A stretch of 64,000 nt of DNA from Macrostomum lignano. Taxonomy: Eukaryota. The notes under the pieces are model-generated. The model was not told the origin of the DNA, did not search any database, and was given only the letters and a program-made list of their open reading frames with translations. The first letter of the stretch is position 1; the number at the start of each line of letters is the position of its first letter. The position numbers and the translations under genes were made by a program. Positions 38,701 through 49,972 of this stretch are shown here, piece after piece. The stretch spans positions 62,001 to 126,000 of the forward strand of contig NIVC01001052.1 in NCBI GenBank assembly GCA_002269645.1. The letters run 5' to 3'.

Positions 38701-40744
38701 AAGTCCAGGGAGCAGCTGAGGCTTTTCATGCTCAAGTGCTTCACTGACCTTAATGCCAGTGAGTTCTACTGCCATGGCTCTGCCTAGAAAGGTGCAGAGG
38801 GCTTTACAGCAATCATGGGGCTCTCTGACAAATGGTCTATGCGGGTTCCACATAAGACCACCATCTACATTGGCCTGCATCAGCTGACTTTCCTCTGATG
38901 CAAGGAAGGTAAGGCTGAAGCTAAGCTGACTAATCACATCCACCTCCTAAAGGAAAGGATGCGGCTATCCAAGACCTGCGGTCAGTGGATTCCACCCTAA
39001 TAAGGCAGTTTGCGCTGCCAAATCCACCCGCACTATCGCAAACCTGCCCGCAGCACTTGCAAGTCATGCCTGGTTCAGTGTGAGCTGGCGTAGGCCTGCA
39101 ACCTCAGTGAATACCTGGAGTGTCAATGCGCCAAAAAGACCCTCCTTAAACAAGATTGTATGGGTCCAGAAGTAATGGTATAGCACGTACTGACTAGGCT
39201 GAGGAATCTGACCATTAGGCAGAAACTGCCGCCTACCATAACCTGCCCATTGGCTCAGTTTAGGACTCCCCCAATGTCCATGCTGCAACATAGGATGAGG
39301 AGGGTGAAGCCAAGCAGTCCAGGCTCTCACCAGCCACAGGCACCACCAACTTCTCCGCGCTACACGCTGTGGATGATGAGGAGCCTATGGAGGTCAGCAG
39401 ACACTATTTCAGAAGAGATGTTAGAGGAGCTGCTACGTGAATCCCCAAGCAACTAGCCATGCCTAGTAATGCTACAGGGGTCGAATGTCTGCAGATAAAT
39501 CTGCAGCACAGCATGGCATCGTTGGTAAACCTCATGAGGCAGCCGAGCGTAACAAGCCAGGTCTCATCCTAGTCTAAAAACCTTGGACTGTTAAAGGAAG
39601 GCCCCAACATGTATCTGGTAGGTATCAGTGTCCAAGAGAAGGAACACCGCCACCTAGAGCTTGCATCTACATGGTGAAGTCATTCAATGCTTGGCTCAGA
39701 GGAGACCTTTCAAATGGGGACCTCTGCGTCATTCAAATAGAAAACCTCCTACCAGGAAAGACGGCCCTGATTGCCTCAGTTTATTTACCAGGCAACAAGG
39801 CTGTTGTCTCGGAAGAGCTTATCTTACTAGTGGAACTCTATTCTACCAGAGACTACGAGCTAATGGTTGCTGGCGCTCAACCTCTGTCTTTGATTCAAGG
39901 TCATTCTTTCTCCCCAAGAGGAGGCAAACAACCACTACAATCCACAGGAGGTCCATTGCTACATAGACGGATCCCTAAAAAATGGTCTCTCTAGCTTTGG
40001 GGTCTAAATTCTCATCAATGGCCACATTCTTGCCATGCATGCCCAGCACACTAGAAGACTCTTTACTGTCTTCTAGAACGAGGTCCTTGCTATTAGCTCT
40101 TACACTGTGAGCTTTGCAGCAAAAACAAAACACCTCTGGTAAAACTATCGTTTTTCACTTTGATAGCCAGGCGGCTCTGCTAGCTCTCTGTCATACCACT
40201 ATGGCCTCTTGGACAGTCTCTAACTGCATCCGGATGCTCAATACACTGGGACGCAAAAATGCTATCTAGCTCAAATGGATCCAAGGCCATGCAGGTTTCC
40301 TTGGAAATGAGCTGGCCAACTTGCTTGCAAAGCAAGGGAGCGGCAGCTCTCTTTAGGGACCTCTGCCCTTGGCTCTAATCCCTGGGGCCACTATCAATCA
40401 TAGCATTGATGCCTGGGCCTTGCCCTGCATAGGGACAAATAGATGAACCTGACCACCTGCCGCCAATAGCATGTGGCAATCCCTCATCTATCCCGAAAGT
40501 TCCGAACTGTCCTGAACCAAAGCAGGAAGGACATCCGAGCTCTTGCTATGACCCTCATGGTTCATGGTTGCTTTGCTAGGAACTGCTTTCTTGAGGGCGA
40601 AATCTAGAATGAGCTGTGCCCATTTTGTGAGTACGACAACTAAGATGCTCAGCATTTTGTTTGTCAATGCCCATTCTTCACTAGGGAGTGGCTTAACCAC
40701 CTCGGTCCAAACCCATCTATCAATGATATTTGCAGACCTGAGAA

Positions 40745-41515
40745 TAGTGTTCTACCATAAGGAGGTACCATGTACCATAGCCATAGCCATAAGCAATACT
40801 ATGGCTTATTCCAATTCTCTGTATTCTATAGCCGTAGGGACCCCAATATTACCATATTCCCATAGTTCCCATAGCCATAGCTGTAGTCTTAACAAAAAGT
40901 CTAGAAAACAAAATATTTTGAATCAAGAAGATAACCTAGTGCTTAAAAAACTGCAAGTTAAGTTAGAAAATAAAAGAAACACTTGATTGCCTTTAAGATT
41001 ATATTTCGTCTTTTTTCAGAGCAACAATACTTAATTGTTACTGAAAGTACTAATGCTGAGCTTTTTCACATTAATAAAAATTAGAGTTTGCTAGTGTTTT
41101 ACTGTACTTTTTTATGTATTTTTAAAAGTTTCTAAGTTGATAATATAGTTTACTAAAAGTATATTTGTTTTTACTCTACCTGTTTCTAATATTTTTTTCA
41201 TTTTTTTAACATTAAAAACTATGGCTATGGCTATAGGAATCTACGGAATGTGACAACAACTACCATATTTCTATAGTTAGTTGTAGCCATAAGAGTAGCT
41301 AGCTACTGTAGGCATATCCATAGCTGCCATAGGCACCTATTTTATCATATTTGCCATAGAACCCCGTAGCCATAGCTACGGCTATGGCCATAGCTATAGC
41401 TATAGCTATAGCACAGTAAAACACAATATGGCACAGTGTTATTTTTTTTTACTGTGTTATAAAACACAGTAAAACACAATTTAGTAGCCATAGCTATGGC
41501 TATGGCAGAACACTA
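40745..41515 (+). mobile_element. hAT-type MITE, copy 1
   Basis: Termini TAGTGTTCT...AGAACACTA; perfect 8-bp TSD CCTGAGAA (40737-40744 / 41516-41523). Confidence 0.92.
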
Positions 41516-41663
41516 CCTGAGAATAACTCATAGCTCCTCTGGTTCTTTTGGGCAACTAGACGAGCCTCTTTCTTTCCAAACAAAGAGAATGCTGCAGGAC
41601 ATACTGGTGGACTACCCTGACTGGCCCTGTGCATTTGCCAAAGTGGGTCACTAGGGTTTAGCA

Positions 41664-42312
41664 TAGTGTTCCGCCGTAGCCATAGCCTATGGGATCCTAC
41701 AGCAAATATGGTAAAATAGATGCCTATGGCAGCTATGCCTATGGATATGCATACGGTAGCTAGCTGCTCTTATGGCTAGGACTACGAAAATATGGTAGTT
41801 GCTATCACATTCCGTAGATTGCCATAGCCGTAGTTATTAATGTTAAAAATTGAAAAAAGATTAGAAACAGGTAGAGTAAAACAAAGATACTTTTATTAAA
41901 CTGTATTATCAACCTAGAAACTTATAAAATATACCTAAAAAAGAACAATAAAACACAAGCAAACTCTAATTTTTATTAATGTGAAAAAGTTTAGTGTTTA
42001 AATACTTTCAATAATGATTAAGTATTGTTGCTCTGAAAAAAGATGAAATACGTTCGTATAATCTTACAAAGACAATTTAAGTGTTTCTTTTATTTTCTAA
42101 TTTAATTTGCAATTGTTTAAGCACAGGGTTATCTTCTTGATTCAAAATATTTTGTTTTTAAGACTTTTTGTTAAAACTATGGCTACGGCTATGGGAACTA
42201 TGGGAATATGATAATTTTGGGGTCCCTATGACTATGGAATATGGAGAATTGGAATAAGCCATAGTTTTGCTTACAGCTACGGTACATGGACCCTCCTTAT
42301 GGCAGAACACTA
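41664..42312 (-). mobile_element. hAT-type MITE, copy 2 (same family, opposite orientation)
   Basis: Termini TAGTGTTC...GAACACTA; 8-bp TSD GTTTAGCA/GTTTAGCG; body is the reverse complement of copy 1. Confidence 0.9.
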
Positions 42313-43097
42313 GTTTAGCGGAATAGGTAACTCTCATTTCCCCATTGTGTGTTCGGACTGCCCTGCAGCTAAGTCAAGTCAAGAAAGCATTTGCCATTGG
42401 TTCTTTAAAATAAAAAAAATCCTCAAAATGAATTTACCAAAACATTATAATACTTTGTCAAAACATTACTTTACCAAAAATTGCTTTGTATAGCTATATA
42501 ATTCTATAAATAGACCCTAGCAAAATTGTTATTTTTATGGTTAACACAAAAAAACAAATACTAGGCCCTATCCTTTCTAAATTAAGTACAAACATGCAAT
42601 AACAAATAATTAAAGGCTGTAAAGTGCAAAATAAAATATAGTAGCCTATTAGGCAATTGCATTTAGCATTAGTATTAACTATGTTAGTATTAGTAATTAA
42701 AAATGTAATTTAAATATACTGTCACAATGGTAGGCCTACCTTATACTTTTCTAGCAGTTCTTGTCATTGACCTTAGCAGGCTTAGCTGGCCAAGAAACTT
42801 CATGCTAATGAATGAGATTTCTTCACATTATGCCATGACAATAAAAATAGCCACTTTGCTTTTTAACATTATATAGTTAAGATTAAGATGTGGTACAGCT
42901 TGCACAGCTGCGCAAGAAAAAATTACCAAAAAATTTGTCTGCACCATGCAACAAAACCCAAGGCAGTTTTGTGCCACCTATTACTCTGACCAATAAAATT
43001 TTGCATTGCAAATACAATTTACTTGAAAGTGAGGTCGGGGGTTTGAAAGAAAGTTCTGGGCCGTGGGGTTTTAATTCGGCTGACCAATATCCCCCGT

Positions 43098-43398
43098 GGT
43101 AATGGCTAGAGTTCCAGCCTTTCTAAACCCGTTTTCTAACAGCTAGGGATCCGGCAGTGCCGTATAGAAGCATATAAAGACTGCTACTGCTAAGAACATA
43201 TCTTAAGAAGTCTGAATATTATTAGAAGCATCTCGTCCCGAATCTTATCATATCGTCTTAAATTTTAATCTAGAACAAAATCTCAATATCAGCCACCTTT
43301 AGAAAGAAAAATATAATGTTCTATCTATATTATATTGGCACTGCCGGATCCGTAGCCGTTAGAAAATGGGTTCCGGTGCCGGAACTCTAGCCATTGCC
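43098..43398. mobile_element. Mutator-like MITE of about 300 bp
   Basis: About 63-bp imperfect TIRs (GGTAATGGCTAGAGTTCC...GGATCCGGCAGTGCC); 9-bp TSD ATCCCCCGT/ATCACCCGT. Confidence 0.75.
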
Positions 43399-44467
43399 AT
43401 CACCCGTGGCTTTAATTATAGAACTGGCAGGTGCATACGTGCGCAAATGTATTAAATACAACGTAAAGTAAAGCCAGAAATACATGCAGCGCTACACCAC
43501 TGCATTCATTACTGGGCTGCAAGGCCGTGTTTTCCGAGGATAGAAATAGAATGGCCTCACGAGTGGGACACGGCCGCCCTGTTAATTCGTTCGTTCCAGC
43601 CGTTCGAATCGGTGCGCTTCGGCGTTTCAAACAAACTTAAACGAAAACCTCGGCTTGCAGATGACGGGGAGCTCCGCTGCTGAGTTCCTCAGGCTCAGGG
43701 GGAGGGTAGCTGTGGTCGCGGCTGAGCGGTCTAGTTTTGCCGACGTTCAGAAGGCCGAATGCAGAGATAAGGGAACTTCAAAATAAGCTGGATTTGTCGA
43801 GAGTCTTACTAATAGTAGTAGGTCGCTGCCACCACCGCGATTGTGCGCGGGAAAAGCTCTAAAGCTTATGAATAGCTTGAGTTCGCTCTAGCGCTTCTCA
43901 GTAGACCTCTAAGGGTCAAATAATGCTTCCGAGGTCACGAAGGCTAGACACCGTTTTCACACACAAATATTAACTTGGCCGGAGTAACTAAGTGGCCGGT
44001 TGAGCTGGATCTTATTATTGACGGTTATTAAGGCAATAGTTTCACGCACAGTAGCAATTGACTAAACTTAAATCTTAATCGTTAAACTGATGGGCGAGGC
44101 GATCGGAGCTGGTCGGGTCGGGATGCTGGGCTTACAGGTAGGGTCAGTAGTATTATACGATACAAAATTGCCAGCAAACCGTTCTCATAATTCAATCAAT
44201 TTAACCCTTTATAATCAGTGTGAAATGAATCATTTTCCCTTCACATCGCTCGTCTTCACTTCGCTCGTGTTCATTACCGCTCGACTTCACTCCGCTCAAC
44301 TCGCTCCGCCCATCCTCGCTTCATTTCGGTCAATTTCCCAATTTCACACTTCCAACACTTCCAACACTTCCAACACTTCCAACACTTCCAACACTTCCAA
44401 CACTAACAAACACTCTATAACCCCAGGCCGCGCCGCAGGCGCGAAGGGTCTTTTTCTGTTACTAAAA

Positions 44468-44971
44468 ATGAACCGAGTTTACACCTTTTCAGTTAGTGAT
44501 ACTTTTGAGACCGTTGCTAAAAATTCAGAGATTATAAAACAACATATTTTGAATGGAATAATTGATGAAGTTTATTTAAAATATGATGACAAAACAGAAC
44601 TAAAACTTTATCCGTTAGAGTTGGATGGTTTGTATGATCTAGAACAAGAGGATGAGTTAATATTTCAACTTGGCAGATTTTTAAATTCAGACGATTGGGA
44701 GGTTCGTTCAGAAGATTCCGACTCAACAAATAGTTCATACGAAACCAGTGATTCGAAGAACGAAATTGAAATTGAAATTGATAGGTTGGTTAGACGAATA
44801 AAAGTACTTAGGAAAAAAATAAAATATTGTTTAAGTTATCCTGCCGACAGTGAAGACAATTGGTGTTCTATAAAATTTGAAATTGAAAAGGTTATTATGC
44901 TTAAACAATTACATGCTTTAGTTTTTTATAAGTGCTATAGTTCATCAATATCGAACTCAAAACAATTATAG
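44468..44971 (+). CDS. Polinton left-arm ORF, 167 aa, acidic, unknown function
   Basis: The ATG lies at the inner end of the left TIR (ACTAAAAATG); open to 44971. The upstream part of track ORF 44090..44971 is TIR read-through. Confidence 0.65.
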   Translation: MNRVYTFSVSDTFETVAKNSEIIKQHILNGIIDEVYLKYDDKTELKLYPLELDGLYDLEQEDELIFQLGRFLNSDDWEVRSEDSDSTNSSYETSDSKNEIEIEIDRLVRRIKVLRKKIKYCLSYPADSEDNWCSIKFEIEKVIMLKQLHALVFYKCYSSSISNSKQL

Positions 44972-47900
44972 TCAACGTCAAATAGTAAACTGTTATAATA
45001 TTCAATTGAGTGTTCATGCTGTGGTTTGTCATCAAAATAGTTTTTAAAGAATGGTTTCATAACTCCGTTTTTATCCGGTTTTTCTCTTTTATATGTGTTT
45101 ATCGTAGAAGTATATGTTTTTGATATTGTTGAGCCGCTTTGGGGGATTGTTATACCACCTTCAAACGATCGTTTCCACGGAGCATTATTATTTACTTTTA
45201 TTGATTGTCCATCATATAAAGTTTTAAACGATGCAAAATTGACCTTATCATTTGCACATCCTTTAAATGTTTTTTTTTCTCTTCCATATAATAAAATCGT
45301 CTTTCAACAAAAGACAATATTTAATTTTAGGAGCGATAAAATATCCGAATATAATTCCACCCTCGCCATAATTGTTTTTCCTTGACTTAAATTATTTCCG
45401 ACATGCCCGTTTTTATTTAATGTGTCCCAATGTTTTTTATGTATATATAACGAATCGGTGTCGCCGTAATAAATTTATGGAGTCTTTGAGCCTCTATAGA
45501 CGTGATAAAATTATTCATGATCCTTCTTGAATGAGCTAAGATAAATATCCCTAATTGCGCCGGACAAAGGCCTGTTGTAGGATTATCGTCGTCATCTACA
45601 TATTCTTGTGTGTCTTTCTTTTTTTCAAAATAAAATAAGTCATCACATATTTTCTCATAAGACTTGATTGTGTCGTCGTATTCTTTTTTTAATGTTTGCA
45701 AATTCCAGAGATGAGTTGTGAAAGTATTGTCTCTTTGAACTGTTTTACCATATAAGGAATTTAACAATGTTTTTACCAATTCAGAACCCGCCTCATTATT
45801 TTCTTTTTTAAATACTTTTCTCATTTCAAAAAGGTTTGTAATATAATTCTGAAACGGAGAGAACTCGTAATTTTTTTCATATACAATTCCGCTGTATATC
45901 TTTAATATTTTTCCACCCATTCTTACAATTTCTTGTATGTCTACGGAACATAAGGTATCGATTACCTTTCCGTTTCTAAACCTATTTAATGTTTTTGTTT
46001 CATTTGCTTTTGTTTCCGGATTATAAAATTTCTCTTTATCTTTCGATGGGAGATGTTGAAGAAAAACGCTGGTGGGATTCTCATACATAATCTTTAAAAC
46101 CGCTGTTTTTGGTCGAAAGGTTTGTGAATTAAATTGTGTCAAAAAATCCTTTTCCTCACTTATATCAAAAACTCTGCCTGTTTCTGCTCTTGGATATTCA
46201 CTATCCTTATCAGACATGGCGGATGGGTACAATGAGACTCCATCAAAATTCATTAAGCAATCTGATACAGTACCCAATTGGTTTTTTAGTTTAATTGCGA
46301 TTTTCTTTTTTTCTTCCATGTCGCTTTTGAGATAAGTTGATATAACCTCACATGGCTCGCTTGTTGGTGTTTTTAAATGATCTTTTACGATGTCTACGAT
46401 TGTTTGAAAACAGTCGCTTTCGTATTTATTTATTAATGCAAATACTCTGCCTCCTTTGACTGCGTCCCGCATAAACCTTCTTATATAAGGATTGGTATGA
46501 GAGTGAACCGAAAATTCTTTTCTTAATAGTGTTTGGTATTTCGTTTTTTCAAGTTTGCTCAAGTCAAAATAATCTTCGATTTTCAACGGAGATATTATTT
46601 CTTTAACTTTTTAAATGTAATTACTTTTTCTTTTGTCTTTAGGTATTGTTTCATTTTGTCTTCAACTCTAACAAAATCTTTAAACCAACATTTTAATGTT
46701 AAACTCGAACATGTAAGAGTATCAAACATTGTCATTCCTCCAATTTCATATGCTATTTCATTATACTTATGAATACAGGCACATAAAGAAATAAGATCAA
46801 ATTGTAAATATTCATACCATTCATCCATGCGCTCTAGGTAGTCGTGTTCGGTAATGTCATGAACCATTGAGGTCTTGCGCAAATCCTCTCTAATTGTCAT
46901 TGACGAGCAAAACCTTTTTAAACTCATTGAGGCGTGTTGATATGAGCAAAGCATCGTAATGGTTTGTTTCGAATCCTTGTGATTCTTCTTCTTATCTTTG
47001 TTTATAAACGCCCTAACCGCTTTTGACGCGTAATCGTTTACAAAAGTGATTGATAATATTTCTCTTGGGGTTTTAAGAATTTTAATTGGTTTTATATTAC
47101 AAAATAGTGGTATGTACGAATCGAAGCGGGATGAGTTGTGTGCGATCAAAACAATCTTTTTTGACCTAACTGTACCAAGGTGTTTAAACATTTTTCTAAC
47201 ACAGTCAACCTTAGCTCCGTCTGTTTGAAAATCACAACCGCGATGTGATATCAAGATCTTAGTTAGTTTCTTTATTGTCTCTGGGCTTCCGTTACAATTA
47301 TTAGAAAAGTCGTTATAGTTTAAAAGACCAACTGCATACGGGCATGCCTTGTTGATTATAATTTAAATATGTTTCAAAATCAAATATGTATACATTTGAT
47401 TTATTGGGATTTGTGGATGTGTTGAACATTTTTAGCTCTTTAACATTTTCAGACGTTGGGTTTTTAAATACTACTTTATAATTGTCTTTTATCCGATCGA
47501 GGGCGATTCCTCTTTGTTTATTGGATATAAGGCAATAATGACCAATGTGATAATCGGCTGTGTGATAGTAATTTAATAGCCAGTCGTGGTGAATCCCTCT
47601 TTGAGACTTCGGTTCAATTCCACGATTATTAGGATTATACAACCCTATGTTCAGATTAAAATATTCATTGAATTTTCCAATTCTTGAATTTGTCATTAAA
47701 CCTCTTTGGGTTCTTGAGTCGTACAACCAAGCACAATATTCGTCTTTGGATGGGGCTTTATCACCATAAATAAATTGAACACACTTGTAGAAACAATTTC
47801 CATCACTAGGTATGTAACAGTACTCGTCTTGATATTCACTAATTTCACACATGACGTTTGTGCCCATACCCTGCTTTGACCTTTCGTGTTTAAGTGTAAT

Positions 47901-48537
47901 TTCATTTGGTGTCATTTTAAGTCTTCCGGAAATCACACTAAATTCATGTCGTAGTTTTCTACCAAATGTTTAAACCAAGCTTGAAACTGACTTATATTAT
48001 AAAATGTTGCTAGGTATTGATTAATCTCTTCGCGATCATCTCCGGTTTTGTTATAAAAATATTGTACTCTTGCGTTTGTAATTTCAACACTATATCCGTT
48101 TGAAAGTTGGGTTTCAATAAAATCTAGGACGTTCTGCATTGGTTCAAATCGATAAACCCTAATAAACTCTTCTAGTGGTTTTTCATCCGATTTATTCCGC
48201 GGTTTCCGACGTATTGGTTTGGTTTGGTAGGGTCCTTTTGGTTTTTTTCTAATTCTGCTATTCTTTTTTCATATTCAGCCTTTTCTATTAAACGCTTCAT
48301 TTCATATTCTGCCCTTATATTATTTGCTAATTCTTTTATTTGCTGATCTTCTATTTGTTTTTCTCTTTGTCTTTGTCTTTCTCTTTCTCTCGCTCTCTGT
48401 CTTTCTCTTGCTCTCTGTCTTTCTCTTTGTCTTTGGCGCTGTTCAATTTGTTCAACCTGTCTTTGTAATCGATTGAACTGTTCGCGCTCATTTGCAAGAA
48501 GTTGTCGAATCTGATCTGGGGTCAGTCTTTGTTCCAT
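44935..48537 (-). CDS. polB: Protein-primed family B DNA polymerase (pPolB) with N-terminal coiled-coil/terminal-protein-like region and vOTU domain; split by about 7 frameshifts as assembled
   Basis: vOTU IPSDGNCFYKC...GHYCL; ExoI FDFETY; ExoII AHNSSRFD; ExoIII YLQFD; KGGRV; PolA FDGVSLYPSAM; PolB KTLLNSLYGK; PolC YYGDTDS (45471-45451, shifted frame); KKTFKG; WKRSF; stop at 44935. Confidence 0.92.
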
Positions 48538-48569
48538 TTTATAGAATAAAATTTATATAATATTTATTC

Positions 48570-49551
48570 GAGATCCGCTTTCGGTAACAGTAGTCCGCTG
48601 CCCATAACGTTTGCATTTAAGAAGATTCCTGAACCTGCTTTTGGTCGCATTTCGAGATATAATCCACTTCCGTCGTGTTTTTCAATTACGTTAAAATCTT
48701 TTTCCAATTTATTAAAAATCTTCTGAACGGCTGGCCTAAAATTAGCTCCAATATTGTCAAAAAATCCTTTAGCTTTCTCACCCGTTTTTTCTAAAGTTTG
48801 CCCAAACTCATGTAGTTTATCTGCGACAACTCCGCTTCCTTGGGTTGTTCCTTTTAAAATTAAACCGTCGCCGTGATTTGTACCTTTTAAATTAAACCTT
48901 TTCCGGCTGCTAATTTAGCTTCTGCATTTTCTTTTTTGTTCTGCTGTTGCTGAGCTACTATTAATTGTATCTATAAGTTTTTGTTTGAATTGTGCGTCCT
49001 GCGTTATTTGCTGTCTTTGAAATTCAGCATCTCTTTAAGCTTTTTCATCCGCTGCTTTTTTGTCATTTACTGCCTTTGTGATTCCGGCGCTCCTCCCGCT
49101 ATTCCACCGGCTGCTCCTATTCCTGCAAAAATTATTGGGAGCAAAGTTGCGAGGGGTAATATACCCCCTTCTTTTGCTTTTAATTCAGCTAATTTTTTCT
49201 GTTATCGTGAATTCTTTTGGCTGCTAATCCGGTTGCTCCGGCTGCTCCGAGACCCAAAAGTATTGGTAAAATGGGTAGCAACCCGCCGTCCTTTTTAGTG
49301 TGAGTCTCCAATAAAAATTTCACATCGGAGTCTGTTAGCCTATAGTTTCTACCGTGATTCTTAAAGGATATTGGCCTTCCTTCTTTTGCATATTTTGAAG
49401 CAAGTTTAAATGTATCGATATCATAGTCAAGTTTTTTGCCTAAGCGATACAATCTTTTTAACATTGCGTGACTATGTTTGTTATCGTCTAGATTTAAAGT
49501 ATCTACAATTTCTCCTATAAAATATAGCCGATCGTTATTAACTGAGTCCAT
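48570..49551 (-). CDS. Polinton core/cement-like precursor with two adenovirus pX-like GG-cleavage/hydrophobic motifs and repeated GxGL/I motifs (frameshifted, one in-frame stop)
   Basis: KKDGG-LLPILPILLGLGAAG and, after a 1-nt shift, KAKEGG-ILPLATLLPIIFAGIGAAGG; downstream GKGLI, GDGLIL, GSGLYL, GSGIFL, GSGLLL. Confidence 0.65.
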
Positions 49552-49561
49552 TTTTATATTG

Positions 49562-49972
49562 TTAAAATTTCTTTAATCCTTTTCCGCCTTTAATTGTGGC
49601 TAACATTTTATTAAAATCCTGAATATCTGTATTACTTATTGGTGTGCTTTTCGTGGGGGTTTCTGTTGGTTGTGCGGCTTGAGTTGCTTCCTGCGCTAGT
49701 TTCAAATCTTTTATTGCTTTTATTTGTGAGAGGGTGTCGTTAAATTCTCTCAATTTCTTTAGTTCTTCTGCTGCCCTAGCTGCTTCGATTCCGCCCTTTA
49801 CAGCGTTTGTTATAGATCCTGCTGCAGAGCCTGCTTGGCCTATAAGACCCATATTATCTTTAACGAAATTTGCTGCTGTTCCAACCACATCAAAAAGACC
49901 CTCACCTCGGTATTCAACTGGGACTCCTATTTGAAATTCATTCAGATTTTGTATATGTGTAACGTGTGTCAT
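49562..49972 (-). CDS. Polinton small structural-like protein, 136 aa
   Basis: Intact ORF starting just inside the right TIR; GEGLFDVVGTAANFVK amphipathic segment; VKGG and IKGG-KGLKKF resemble adenain-type cleavage sites. Confidence 0.65.
   Translation of the reverse strand: MTHVTHIQNLNEFQIGVPVEYRGEGLFDVVGTAANFVKDNMGLIGQAGSAAGSITNAVKGGIEAARAAEELKKLREFNDTLSQIKAIKDLKLAQEATQAAQPTETPTKSTPISNTDIQDFNKMLATIKGGKGLKKF

Larger units (their letters stand above)
37480..42385 (+). mobile_element. Degenerate non-LTR retrotransposon (R1/LOA/I-group-like: APE endonuclease plus RNase H, RT largely missing), interrupted by two MITEs
   Basis: APE start CLQINLQHS at about 39487 and DLCVIQI..IASVYLPG; RNase H motifs DSQAALLAL (about 40162) and WIQGHAGFLGNELANLLAKQG (about 40276); AAGTC-repeat tail at about 42370. 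Many stops and shifts; boundaries approximate. Confidence 0.7.
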
